Shown here: positions 10,486 through 19,665 of the stretch, in pieces
How positions within the stretch are numbered: position 1 is the first letter of the stretch
Layout: every line of letters begins with the position of its first letter
Assembly: GCA_945889445.1 (NCBI GenBank)
Contig: CAMDBX010000002.1
Coordinates: forward strand, 2,041-66,040
Length of the DNA stretch: 64,000 bases
Source: Rhizobium sp. Q54
GTDB lineage: Bacteria; Pseudomonadota; Alphaproteobacteria; Rhizobiales; Aestuariivirgaceae
Direction: 5' to 3'
The notes under the pieces: generated by a model
Databases searched by the model: none
What the model was told of the DNA's origin: nothing
The model's input: the letters and a program-made list of their open reading frames with translations, nothing else
Made by a program: the position numbers and the translations under genes

Positions 10486-12004
10486 AAGTCGGTTTTTTCG
10501 CCGCCCTCGCTGATCCGGCGGGCCACGAAGGCGTCGATCTGTTCGAGGGCTGCGGGGTCCAGCCAGGGTTCGCGATATTCACCCAATGCCTGCTTCCACA
10601 GAGCATTGGCTTTTTTCTCGGCAGTGGGCGATCCGGCTGCCTGCCAGCTCTGGAATTTGCGCCAATCCGAGATCAGCGGCTGGTAAAAGGCTGTCGAATA
10701 GCGCTCGAGTGTTTGCTGCGCGCCGAAGAAATGGCCACCCGGCCCCACCTCCATCATGGCATCGAACGCCATCTCGGCGTCATCCACCACCACGGGCTTG
10801 AGGAATTCCTGCATCATCTGCAGCAGGTCAACGTCAAGGGCGAACTTCTCGTAGGAGGCGACGAGGCCGCCCTCCAGCCAGCCTGCCGCATGCTGGATGA
10901 TGTTGCCGCCACCCATGATGGCGCCCCACAGCGAGAACACCGTCTCTTAGCCGCCTGCGCATCCACGCTGTTGGCAGCATTGGTGCTGGAGGTACGGTAG
11001 GGCAACTTGTAGCGCCGCGCCAGTTGCCCACCGATGACGCAGGCCTTCATGTATTCCGGCGTACCGAAGGCGGGCGCTCCTGACTTCATGTCGACGTTGG
11101 ATGTGAAGCCGCCATAGACAAAGGGTGCGCCAGGCCTGACGAGCTGCGACAGGGCGAGCCCCGCCAGCGCCTCGGCATTCTGTTCCACCATGCCACCCGC
11201 GATCGACACGGGCGCCATGGCGCCGAGCAGCGTGAAGGGCGTTACCACCACAATCTGGTTCAGCCGCGCCATCTCGATGATGCCCATCGCCATCGGCATG
11301 TCGAGCTTCAGCGGCGAATTGGTGTTGATCACCGTATAGACGGAGGGCTCGGCCAGCAGCTGCTCATGGCTGATGCCGCGCGCCAGCCTGACGATCTCGA
11401 CGCCGTCGAACAGACGGGCCCGGCCCGTCGCATACACAAAGGAAACCTTGTCCGAATACACCATCTTGTTGCGCGTGATGTGCAGGTGCCGCACCGAGGC
11501 ATGAACGTCAAGCGCATCGACGGATGCACCGCCCGCCGTGTGCACGGTGTTGAAGAACTGCGAAAGCTTCACGAAGTTGCCCGCATCCTCGAGCGTGCCG
11601 GGGCGCCGACCCCTGTCGAGGTCTGAGCAGTTGGGCGGGCCGCCCACCGGCGCGAAGGCGATCCAGTTGCCACCCACCCGAATGTTGTGGGCCGGGTTGC
11701 GCGCATGGAAGGTGAACTGGGCGGGTGGCGTCTTCAGCGCCTGCTCGGCGATGTCGCGTCCAATCCGGACGCGGTCGCCATCGACCAGCGCTCCAGCCTT
11801 CTGCAAGATGTCGCGGGCCTCGGGCAGCAGCACATCCATGCCGATCACCTCGAGAACCTTCATCGACTGGCGATGGATGGCCTCGATCTGGTCGTCGGAC
11901 AGGATGCGCGTAGGCTCCAGCGTGTGCTGGGGCTGCTTCCAAGGCAATTGCTGGATCGGGGTGTGCGCGGCGTCGGCCCGGCGGCCACGACGCTGGACGT
12001 TCAC
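10482..12004 (-). pseudogene. Trimethylamine methyltransferase (MttB) family protein, paralog 1, frameshifted near 10947-10951 (pseudogene or sequencing error)
   Basis: GTG start at 12004 overlaps the psuG stop (GTGA). MttB motifs NTNSPL, YGGFTSNVDMKSGAPAFGTPE. The frame breaks after DAQA; the C-terminus (VFSLWG..HAAGWLEGGL..GPGGHFFG..TDF) continues in another frame (ORF 10482..10940). Confidence 0.88.
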
Positions 12005-12921
12005 GTAGCGCGACCGGCGAAGGCGACGGCAATGGCCGCTGCAATCTTCGCATTGTGTTTGACGAGGGCGATGTTGGCCGCAAGAGATCGGCCAGCCGTC
12101 ACGCCCGCGATCTCGGCCAGCAGGAAAGGGGTTGTCTCCTTGCCCATGATGCCATGCGCTTCCGCCTTCTTCACTGCGGCCTTGATGACCGGCGCGATTT
12201 CGGCAGCCGGAATCTCCGCTTCCGACGGAATGGGGTTGGCGACGACCACGCCGCCCTTCAGCCCCATCGCCCACTTGGCACGCATCACATCCGCCACCTC
12301 TGCGGGCGTGGCGCAGCTCATCGGCACCGCATGGCCGCTCTCCCGTGAGTAGAAGGCTGGAAATTCCGTCGTGCCCAGGCCAATCACCGGCACGCCCAGC
12401 GTCTCCAGCGTTTCGAGTGTGAGTGCGAGGTCGAGGATGGCCTTGGCGCCCGCCGTCACCACGGCCACGTCGCTCGCCGCGAATTCCATCATGTCGGCGG
12501 AGATATCGAAAGTCTTCTCTGCACCCCTGTGCACGCCACCGATTCCGCCGGTGGCAAAGACATGGATACCCGCCATCGCCGCGATGCGCATGGTGGAGGC
12601 AACCGTCGTCGCCCCGTCCAGCTTCTGCGCCACGATGAAGGGAAGGTCACGCACCGACACCTTGGCAATGGAACGGCCTTCGCGCCCGAAACGGTCCAAC
12701 TCCTCCGCCGTAAGCCCCACCTTCAGCACGCCGCCGATGATGGCGATGGTGGCGGGCACCCCACCGCCTTCGCGCACGATGTCTTCCACCGCGCGGGCCG
12801 TCTCCACGTTCTGCGGGTAGGGCATGCCATGCGCGATAATGGTCGATTCGAGCGCCACCACGGGGCGCACCTCATCGAGGGCGCGGCGGACCTCAGGCGT
12901 GAAGGACAAGGGATAGGCCAC
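12001..12921 (-). CDS. psuG: Pseudouridine-5'-phosphate glycosidase
   Basis: PVVALESTIIAHGMPYPQN, GATTVA, FATGGIGGVHRG, DISAD, GAKAILD, GKETTPFLL, SL.ANIALV.HNA. Confidence 0.96.
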   Translation of the reverse strand: MAYPLSFTPEVRRALDEVRPVVALESTIIAHGMPYPQNVETARAVEDIVREGGGVPATIAIIGGVLKVGLTAEELDRFGREGRSIAKVSVRDLPFIVAQKLDGATTVASTMRIAAMAGIHVFATGGIGGVHRGAEKTFDISADMMEFAASDVAVVTAGAKAILDLALTLETLETLGVPVIGLGTTEFPAFYSRESGHAVPMSCATPAEVADVMRAKWAMGLKGGVVVANPIPSEAEIPAAEIAPVIKAAVKKAEAHGIMGKETTPFLLAEIAGVTAGRSLAANIALVKHNAKIAAAIAVAFAGRAT

Positions 12922-12930
12922 GTCGACTCC

Positions 12931-13842
12931 TCAGATGAACCCCGCAAGTTCAAGCAGACTATCACGGCTGAGGCCGGATGCCACCGACTGCGAGGAGGAC
13001 AGCTTGATCGCGGCGGCACATTGCCCGAGCTGAATGGATTGCGCGAGGCTTCTTCCATCGAGCAATCCGCAGACGAGACCGGCCACGGCTGCATCGCCCG
13101 CCCCTGTCACGTCGGCGATGGCGGGCACCCGCACCGGATCGATTGACATCACGTTCGCCCCGTCGGAGGCCAGCGCGCCCGCGCTGCCACGGTGTAGCAC
13201 GACATTGGCGAAGCCAAGCGCGTGAAGCCCGGCCAGTGCCACCACCCCGTCACCGCCTACAAGTGCCGCAAGCTGCTGTGCATTGGGGGTGATGGCGAAG
13301 ACAGGTGCCGCACGCGCAAAGGCAAGCAGCTTCTGCGCCTTCGGCACCGACACGGGCTCGATCAGCAGCCTGACGTTCCGTTCCGCCGAGAACCGGCAAA
13401 GCCAGGCAAGGCACGCCTGTGACAGGTTGCAGTCCGCCACCAGCATGTCGACCTCGGAAAAACTCTCCGCATGCAACGCAAGCTGTGCGGGCGTCAGCGT
13501 CTCCATGGCGCGCATGTCGTTGACGGCGCTGACCAGTTCGCCCGTTGCATCGAGGATCGCGAGATAGGAACCCGTGGGCTCGCTGACCGTGAGGGCCATC
13601 GAAAGATCGACCGCCGCATCGGCGCAGGCCCGCCGCAGCAGCTGCCCATTCGCATCATCGCCCAGCGCGGTGACGAGCGACACGGATATGCCGAGATAGG
13701 CCAGGTTCTCGGCAATGTTGCGGCCAACGCCACCCGCCGAGACTGTTACCTCGCCCGGGTTCGATATGGCGGCCACGAAGGATCCGCGCGCACGGCCCTT
13801 GATGTCGACGTTGGCACCGCCAATGACGATGACGCGCGGCAT
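12931..13842 (-). CDS. psuK: PfkB-family kinase, probable pseudouridine kinase
   Basis: VIGGANVDI, NPG....GGVGRNIAENL, DVTGAGDA; directly upstream of psuG; ATG overlaps the mttB paralog 2 stop (TGATG). Confidence 0.85.
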   Translation of the reverse strand: MPRVIVIGGANVDIKGRARGSFVAAISNPGEVTVSAGGVGRNIAENLAYLGISVSLVTALGDDANGQLLRRACADAAVDLSMALTVSEPTGSYLAILDATGELVSAVNDMRAMETLTPAQLALHAESFSEVDMLVADCNLSQACLAWLCRFSAERNVRLLIEPVSVPKAQKLLAFARAAPVFAITPNAQQLAALVGGDGVVALAGLHALGFANVVLHRGSAGALASDGANVMSIDPVRVPAIADVTGAGDAAVAGLVCGLLDGRSLAQSIQLGQCAAAIKLSSSQSVASGLSRDSLLELAGFI

Positions 13843-15404
13843 CAGAAGTCGGTGGGCGCACCACCCTCGGCCTTGCGCTTCTCGACGAAGGCGTTGAGTT
13901 CGTCCCTGATCGCGGGATCGATGGCGGGCTCCTGATAATCCGCCAGCGCCTGCTTCCACACTGCATTGGCCTTCTGCCACGCCTCGGGCTTGCCCGCCGC
14001 GAGCCATTGCTGGTTGTTGCGCCAGTCGGAGACGATGGGCGAATAAAAGGCATTGGTATAGCGCGCCAGCGTGTGCTGCGCGCCGAAGAAGTGGCCGCCG
14101 GGGCCGACCTCGCGGATCGCCTCGACACCCAGCGCATCCTCGGTCGTTTCCAGCGGCTGCATGAACTCGCTCACCATCTGGATCAGGTCGCAGTCGAGAA
14201 TGAACTTCTCGAAGCTCGCAACGAGGCCACCTTCAAGCCAGCCTGCGCCATGCATGATCAGATTGCCGCCACCCATGGTGAGGCCCCACAGCGAAAACAC
14301 GCTCTCATATGCGGCCTGCGCATCCATGGTGTTGGCAGCACAGGTGTTCGACGTGCGGAACGGAACCCTGTAGCGCCGCGCCAACTGGCCGCCGACCACT
14401 GTGGCCTTCATGTATTCCGGCGTACCGAAGGCGGGTGCCCCCGATTTCATGTCGACGTTGGAGGTGAAGCCGCCATAGATCACCGGCGCACCCTTGCGCA
14501 CGAGCTGCGTGAAGGCGATGCCGGCAAGCGCCTCGGCGTTCTGCTCCACCAATGCACCCGCCATCGTGACAGGCGCCATGGCGCCCGCCAGCGTGAAGGG
14601 CGTGACGCAGACGATCTGGTTCCGCGATGACATCTCGAGAATGCCCTGCAGCATCGGCGTGTCGAGCTTCAACGGCGAGTTGGTGTTGATGATCGTGAAC
14701 AGAGATGGTTCCCGCTCCAGCTGCTCCTGGCTGATGCCGCGGCCGATGCGGGCGATCTCGATGCCGTCGCGGATACGCTCGCGGCCCAGTGAATAGGCGT
14801 GGAACGGCTTGTCCGTCAGCAGCACCATGTCGCGCAGTGCTTCGAGGTGGCGGATCGAGGCATGGATGTCGATTGGCTCCACCGGATATCCGGAAAGGAA
14901 CCCGATGCAGTTGAAATACTGGCCGAGCCTCAGGAAGTTCTTGTAGTCGTGATAGTTTCCGGTGCGGCGGCCACCGTCCATGTCAGAGGCGTTTGGCGGG
15001 CTCGCCACAGTGCCGAAGGTGATGGAATTGCCGCCTATGCGCTGGTCATTGTCCGGGTTGCGCGCGTGGAAGTTGAATTCAGAGGGTGCGCTGGAGATCA
15101 GTTCCTCGATCATCGCCGGGTCGAAGCGGACACGTTCGCCATCGACGCTCGCGCCCGCCTTTTTCAGCATGTCGCGCGCTTCAGGCAGCGTGAAATCCAT
15201 ACCGATTTCCGACAGAACCTTCAGCGAAGCGTGGTGGATCGCTTCAAGCTCATCGGAAGAGACGATCTCCATCGCCGGGAACAGCCGTTTCAGCTTGCGG
15301 CGCGGTAGCTGCGGAACGGGATTGCGCCCGCCGGCGCTCCCACCGCGGCGTCCGCCGCCCTCGCGGCGCGGTTTGCGGGTGCTATCGGATTCGATGTTCG
15401 TCAC
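13842..15404 (-). CDS. Trimethylamine methyltransferase (MttB) family protein, non-pyrrolysine, paralog 2
   Basis: IH.ASL.VLSEIG, INTNSPLKLD, TPFTLAGAMAPVT, GGFTSNVDMKSGAPAFGTPE, DAQAAYES, HGAGWLEGGL, GPGGHFFG. Confidence 0.95.
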   Translation of the reverse strand: MTNIESDSTRKPRREGGGRRGGSAGGRNPVPQLPRRKLKRLFPAMEIVSSDELEAIHHASLKVLSEIGMDFTLPEARDMLKKAGASVDGERVRFDPAMIEELISSAPSEFNFHARNPDNDQRIGGNSITFGTVASPPNASDMDGGRRTGNYHDYKNFLRLGQYFNCIGFLSGYPVEPIDIHASIRHLEALRDMVLLTDKPFHAYSLGRERIRDGIEIARIGRGISQEQLEREPSLFTIINTNSPLKLDTPMLQGILEMSSRNQIVCVTPFTLAGAMAPVTMAGALVEQNAEALAGIAFTQLVRKGAPVIYGGFTSNVDMKSGAPAFGTPEYMKATVVGGQLARRYRVPFRTSNTCAANTMDAQAAYESVFSLWGLTMGGGNLIMHGAGWLEGGLVASFEKFILDCDLIQMVSEFMQPLETTEDALGVEAIREVGPGGHFFGAQHTLARYTNAFYSPIVSDWRNNQQWLAAGKPEAWQKANAVWKQALADYQEPAIDPAIRDELNAFVEKRKAEGGAPTDF

Positions 15405-15407
15405 GGC

Positions 15408-16334
15408 TTACTTTCCTTTTTCGCGATAGGCTTCAAGCGCCGGGTCGGCAGCGATCTGCTTCACCAGCCAATCCTCGAAGCGCTTGATCTTGGGTTTCAT
15501 CCGATGCTCGGCATTGCAGGCGAAAAGCCAGTTGTGCCGGTGCTGAACCTTCAGGTCGAAGGGCTGAACCAGCCGCCCCGCCTTGATTTCCTCCGTGGCG
15601 AAGGGGCCGATGGTCATGGCCACGCCCCGCCCCTCGATTGCCGCTTCCTGCGCCAGGATGTAACTGTCGAAGGCCAGACGGTCCGAGAGCTTGATGCCGT
15701 CGACACCTGCTTCTTCGAGCCACAGGTGCCAGTCCTCCTCCGCCGTATAGACATAGAGCAGCTTGTGCTTCTTCAGGTCCTCTGGCGTCTTCAGCGCGTT
15801 GGGGCCCTTCAGCAGTTCCGGCGAGCAGATGGGCGTCAGCAACGACTTGAAAAGCGTGCGGTAGTAATGATCCGGCGTCCGGTTGCGGGCGAGGATCAGC
15901 CCGACGTCCACATTCTTCTCGTCGAAGTCCCAGTCGAAATAGGAGGTCGAGAGCCTGACCTTCATATCGGGGTAGCGCTTCTCGAAGTCATGCAGCCGGG
16001 GAATCAGCCACTTGAGCGCCACCGTCACATAAACCTGCAGGGTGAGTTCGTTGTCGGACGCCGAGGGCTTCAGCGCGCGGGTCTGCGCCTCGATCATGTC
16101 GAAGGCCTCGCGCACCGGCGGGAAATAGGTGTGGCCGGCCTGGGTCAGTTCGGCGCGCCGCGCATCGCGCCGGAACAATTGCACACCGAGGCGCTGCTCC
16201 AGCGACTTCACCTGGTGGCTCACCGCCGAGCGGGTAATGCCCAGTTCGCTGGCGGCAAGGCGAAAACTGCCCAGCCGGGCCGCCGCCTCGAAGGCGGTCA
16301 GTGCACGTAAAGGGGGCAGGTCGCGTCTGGCCAA
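15408..16334 (-). CDS. LysR-family transcriptional regulator (GcvA-like)
   Basis: LPPLRALTAFEAAARLGSF..AA.EL..TRSAVSHQVKSLE HTH; WLIPRL; TTG start. Confidence 0.95.
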   Translation of the reverse strand: MARRDLPPLRALTAFEAAARLGSFRLAASELGITRSAVSHQVKSLEQRLGVQLFRRDARRAELTQAGHTYFPPVREAFDMIEAQTRALKPSASDNELTLQVYVTVALKWLIPRLHDFEKRYPDMKVRLSTSYFDWDFDEKNVDVGLILARNRTPDHYYRTLFKSLLTPICSPELLKGPNALKTPEDLKKHKLLYVYTAEEDWHLWLEEAGVDGIKLSDRLAFDSYILAQEAAIEGRGVAMTIGPFATEEIKAGRLVQPFDLKVQHRHNWLFACNAEHRMKPKIKRFEDWLVKQIAADPALEAYREKGK

Positions 16335-16423
16335 GATTCCTCACCACTGGTCTGGAGACCCCTTGTATCACCATGGAATTCAGGGCGTTAGGGGCCAAGG
16401 GGTGGAAAACCGCCTGTCTAATG

Positions 16424-16438
16424 GTGAAAAAAACTGAC
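16424..16438. promoter_or_regulatory. Putative LysR binding site (T-N11-A) between the divergent lysR and mttB paralog 3
   Basis: GTGAAAAAAACTGAC, an imperfect dyad with T-N11-A spacing. Confidence 0.4.
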
Positions 16439-16516
16439 GCTACCTGGAAAAAGATAGGCCATTGAATCTCCACATCGAACCGGTGGATATAGGACCCAGA
16501 TCAGGAGTCTAAATCC

Positions 16517-18094
16517 ATGAGTGCTGTCGAAGACCTTTCCCGCCGCCGCGGTGGCCGCGAAGCCCGCAAGGCGATGCGTTCGCGCCCCATTCCCATGGCG
16601 GATGCCGCCGTGCGCCCCGGCATGGAGGGCGGCCAGTACAAGCCGCTCACCGACCACGAGATGCAGCGCATCCACGAGACCGCCCTCAAGCTGCTTGAAA
16701 CCGTAGGCCTCGCCCAGGCCATCCCGACCTGCGTCGACGCGATGACGGCGAAGGGCTGCTGGATCAACGAGCACGGCCGGTTGTGCATCCCGCGCGCCCT
16801 CGTCGAGGATACGCTGGCATCCTGCGCCCGCAACTTCGTGCTGCACGCGCGGGACCCCAAGCATGACATGCAGCCCTCGGGCAACAAGGTCTATTTCGGC
16901 ACCGCCGGTGCGGCCGTCCACATCGTCGAGCCGGAAACCCGCAGCTACCGCGAATCGCTGCTCGTCGATCTCTATGACGCGGGCCGCATCGTCGACAATT
17001 GCGAGCACATCCACTTCTACCAGCGCCCGGTCACGGCGCGTGACATGATCACCGGCCACGACCTCGACATCAACACCATGTACGCCTGCCTCGCCGGCAC
17101 CGAAAAGCACGTCGGCACCTCCATGGTCGAGCCGGGCCATGTGGATGAATGCCTGCAGATCCTGCACGTGCTTGCGGGTGGCGAAGACAAGTGGCGCGAG
17201 CGCCCCTTCGTGTCGCAGTCCAACTGCTTCGTCGTGCCGCCCATGAAGTTCGCCGAAGACGCCTGCCGCTGCCTTGAAGTCGCTGCCCGCGGCGGCATGC
17301 CGGTGCTGCTGCTGTCGGCCGCACAGGCCGGAGCGACATCGCCCGCAGCCCTTGCCGGCACCATCGTGCAGGCCGTATCGGAGTGCCTCGCCGGCCTCGT
17401 CTACATCAATTGCATCGTCCCCGGCGCCATCGCCATCTGGGGCCCGTGGCCGTTCGTGTCAGACCTTCGCACGGGGGCCATGTCGGGTGGTTCGGGCGAG
17501 CAGGCGCTCATCACATCGGGCTGCGCCCAGATGGGCCATTACTACAATCTCACCGTCGGCTCCGCCGCCGGCATGTGCGACTCGAAGCTCCCCGACATGC
17601 AGGCGGGCTACGAGAAGGGCGTCACCGCCGGCATCTCGGCGATGACCGGCATCAACATGCTCTACGAGTCCGCCGGCATGCACGCATCGCTGCTGGGCTT
17701 CTGCCTCGAGAGCCTGCTGATCGACAACGACATGCTGGGCTCCATCAACCGCAACGTCCGCGGCATCGAGGTCAATGAGGATACGCTCTCCCTCGAAGTC
17801 ATCGCCAATGTCTGCATCGAAGGCCCCGGCCACTACCTCGGCAACGAGCAGACGCTGGCGCTGATGCAGAAGGACTATGTCTACCCCTCCGTCTCCAACC
17901 GCATGAGCCCCAAGGAATGGAACGAGGCCGGCAAGCCCGACATCGTCGAGCGCGCGGCGGCACGGAAGCGCGAGATCCTGTCCACCTATTACCCGGACTA
18001 TATCCCGCGCCACATCGACGAGCAGATCCGCGCCAAACACGACATCAAGCTGCCGCGCAGCGTGATGGAACCGGGCGACCCGCGCTGGGCGTAA
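16517..18094 (+). CDS. Trimethylamine methyltransferase (MttB) family protein, non-pyrrolysine, paralog 3 (different subfamily)
   Basis: IHETAL.LLETVG, FGTAGAAVH, QAGATSPAALAG, VSDLRTGAMSGGSGE, DSKLPDMQAGYEK, GPGHYLG; RBS AGGAG. Confidence 0.95.
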   Translation: MSAVEDLSRRRGGREARKAMRSRPIPMADAAVRPGMEGGQYKPLTDHEMQRIHETALKLLETVGLAQAIPTCVDAMTAKGCWINEHGRLCIPRALVEDTLASCARNFVLHARDPKHDMQPSGNKVYFGTAGAAVHIVEPETRSYRESLLVDLYDAGRIVDNCEHIHFYQRPVTARDMITGHDLDINTMYACLAGTEKHVGTSMVEPGHVDECLQILHVLAGGEDKWRERPFVSQSNCFVVPPMKFAEDACRCLEVAARGGMPVLLLSAAQAGATSPAALAGTIVQAVSECLAGLVYINCIVPGAIAIWGPWPFVSDLRTGAMSGGSGEQALITSGCAQMGHYYNLTVGSAAGMCDSKLPDMQAGYEKGVTAGISAMTGINMLYESAGMHASLLGFCLESLLIDNDMLGSINRNVRGIEVNEDTLSLEVIANVCIEGPGHYLGNEQTLALMQKDYVYPSVSNRMSPKEWNEAGKPDIVERAAARKREILSTYYPDYIPRHIDEQIRAKHDIKLPRSVMEPGDPRWA

Positions 18095-18095
18095 G

Positions 18096-18755
18096 GTGGA
18101 ACACCCGATCCTGACAGCGATCCGCCGGGTGGGCTTCTCCCCGCTCGGCTGGTTCGCACCGAAGCCTGATGACCGGGCGCCGCAAGGCGCCCGTTTCGTC
18201 ATCCTGATCGGCAATGCCGGGCCTGCCATGTTCCGCCGCTTCGCCGCCGAGCGCGACCCGTCCACCGATACCATGGACGCCTGGACCCGCGACGTGGTCA
18301 CCCTCCTCGCGCGAGACCTCGAGGCGCAAGCCGTCTACCCCTTCGACATGAACCCGCCATGGCCCTTCCTCACCTGGGCCAGGCGCGGAGGTGCGGGCCA
18401 CGTCTCTCCCCTGGGCCTCAACATCCACCCGACTTACGGCCTGTGGCACGCCTATCGCGCCGCCCTGCTCTTCCCCGTCGAGTTCGACATTCCTGTTCAG
18501 CCCCCCGGGCCCCACCCCTGCGAATCCTGCGCAACAAAGCCATGCCTCACCGCATGTCCGGTCGGGGCTTTCGACGGCGTCTCCTATGACGTTCCGGCCT
18601 GCGCAGCACATCTGGCAAAACCAGCCGGCAATGACTGCATGCGCGGCGGATGCCTTGCGCGCCATGCCTGCCCCGTGGGACAAGGCTTTGCCTATGCCCC
18701 GGCACAGGCGGAGTTCCACATGTGGGCCTTCCTCACGGCCCGCCAGAAGGCTTGA
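18096..18755 (+). CDS. 4Fe-4S ferredoxin-like protein with a CblC/QueG-type cobalamin-binding-like N-terminal region
   Basis: SPLGLNIHPTYGLWHAYRAAL followed by CESCATKPCLTACP and C..GGCLARHACP Cys clusters; 1 bp after the mttB paralog 3 stop. Confidence 0.75.
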   Translation: MEHPILTAIRRVGFSPLGWFAPKPDDRAPQGARFVILIGNAGPAMFRRFAAERDPSTDTMDAWTRDVVTLLARDLEAQAVYPFDMNPPWPFLTWARRGGAGHVSPLGLNIHPTYGLWHAYRAALLFPVEFDIPVQPPGPHPCESCATKPCLTACPVGAFDGVSYDVPACAAHLAKPAGNDCMRGGCLARHACPVGQGFAYAPAQAEFHMWAFLTARQKA

Positions 18756-18759
18756 AACG

Positions 18760-19665
18760 ATGTATGACCTGATCCGGCAGAAGCTCGCCAGGGGCGAACC
18801 CATCATCCTCGATGGCGGCACCGGCACCGACATCCAGCGCCGCGGCGTGCCGATGAGCAATTCGACCTGGTGCGCGGAGGCCAACCTCACCCACCCGGAT
18901 GTGGTGCGCGACGTACACGCCGACTACATCAAGGCGGGTGCGGACATCATCATCGCCAACACCTTCGCCACATCGGCACTTCTCTTCAATGCGCTCGACC
19001 GAGACGACGAACTGCTGGCCATCGACAAGTCTGCGGTGAAGATCGCCAGGGACGCCGCCAAGGGCCATAATGTTGCGGTTGCGGGCTCCATGTCCACCAT
19101 GCGCCCCGTCGTTGCCGGAAGCGACCGTACCTCGAAGCAGCGTGAATGGCCGGAGGACGAGGCCCGCGTCCTGTTCAAGAGCAAGGCGGACAACCTCGCC
19201 GCAGCGGGCGTCGACCTCATCATGATGGAGATGATGCGCGATACGGATTATTCCGTCTGGGCAACCGAAGCCGCACAGGCAACGGGCCGTTCCGTCTGGA
19301 TCGGCATCTCCGTCGAACGCCATGACGGCAAGCTCACCGGATTCGGCCGCGAGGACCAGGACTTCAACACCGTGGCGCGCGTGCTCTCAGCACTCAATCC
19401 TGACGTGATCTCGATCATGCACACCTCGCCCAACGACACGGACGAAGCGATCGACATCCTGCGGAAATACTGGAAAGGCCCGGTCGGCGCCTACCCCGAG
19501 AGCGGCTATTTCAAGATGCCGGACTGGACTTTCGTCGACATCATACCGCCGGATGAATTGGTGGAACGCTCCAGGGCCTGGAAGAAGAAGGGCGTCACTG
19601 CCTTTGGCGGCTGCTGCGGCCTCGGGCCGGAGCATATCACCGCACTCCACAAGGCTTTCACATGA
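18760..19665 (+). CDS. Homocysteine S-methyltransferase family protein
   Basis: ILDGGTGT, P.VV..VH.DYI.AGADII.ANTF, VAGSM, GAYP, GGCCGLGPEHI. Confidence 0.9.
   Translation: MYDLIRQKLARGEPIILDGGTGTDIQRRGVPMSNSTWCAEANLTHPDVVRDVHADYIKAGADIIIANTFATSALLFNALDRDDELLAIDKSAVKIARDAAKGHNVAVAGSMSTMRPVVAGSDRTSKQREWPEDEARVLFKSKADNLAAAGVDLIMMEMMRDTDYSVWATEAAQATGRSVWIGISVERHDGKLTGFGREDQDFNTVARVLSALNPDVISIMHTSPNDTDEAIDILRKYWKGPVGAYPESGYFKMPDWTFVDIIPPDELVERSRAWKKKGVTAFGGCCGLGPEHITALHKAFT

Noticed and set aside
10940..10990. Pyrrolysine (amber) recoding in the interrupted mttB
   Set aside because: The stop is TAA, not TAG, and comes with a frameshift. By my recalled alignment to methanogen MttB, the Pyl-equivalent position is about 11 codons upstream and is a sense codon in all three paralogs. 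No pyl genes are present.
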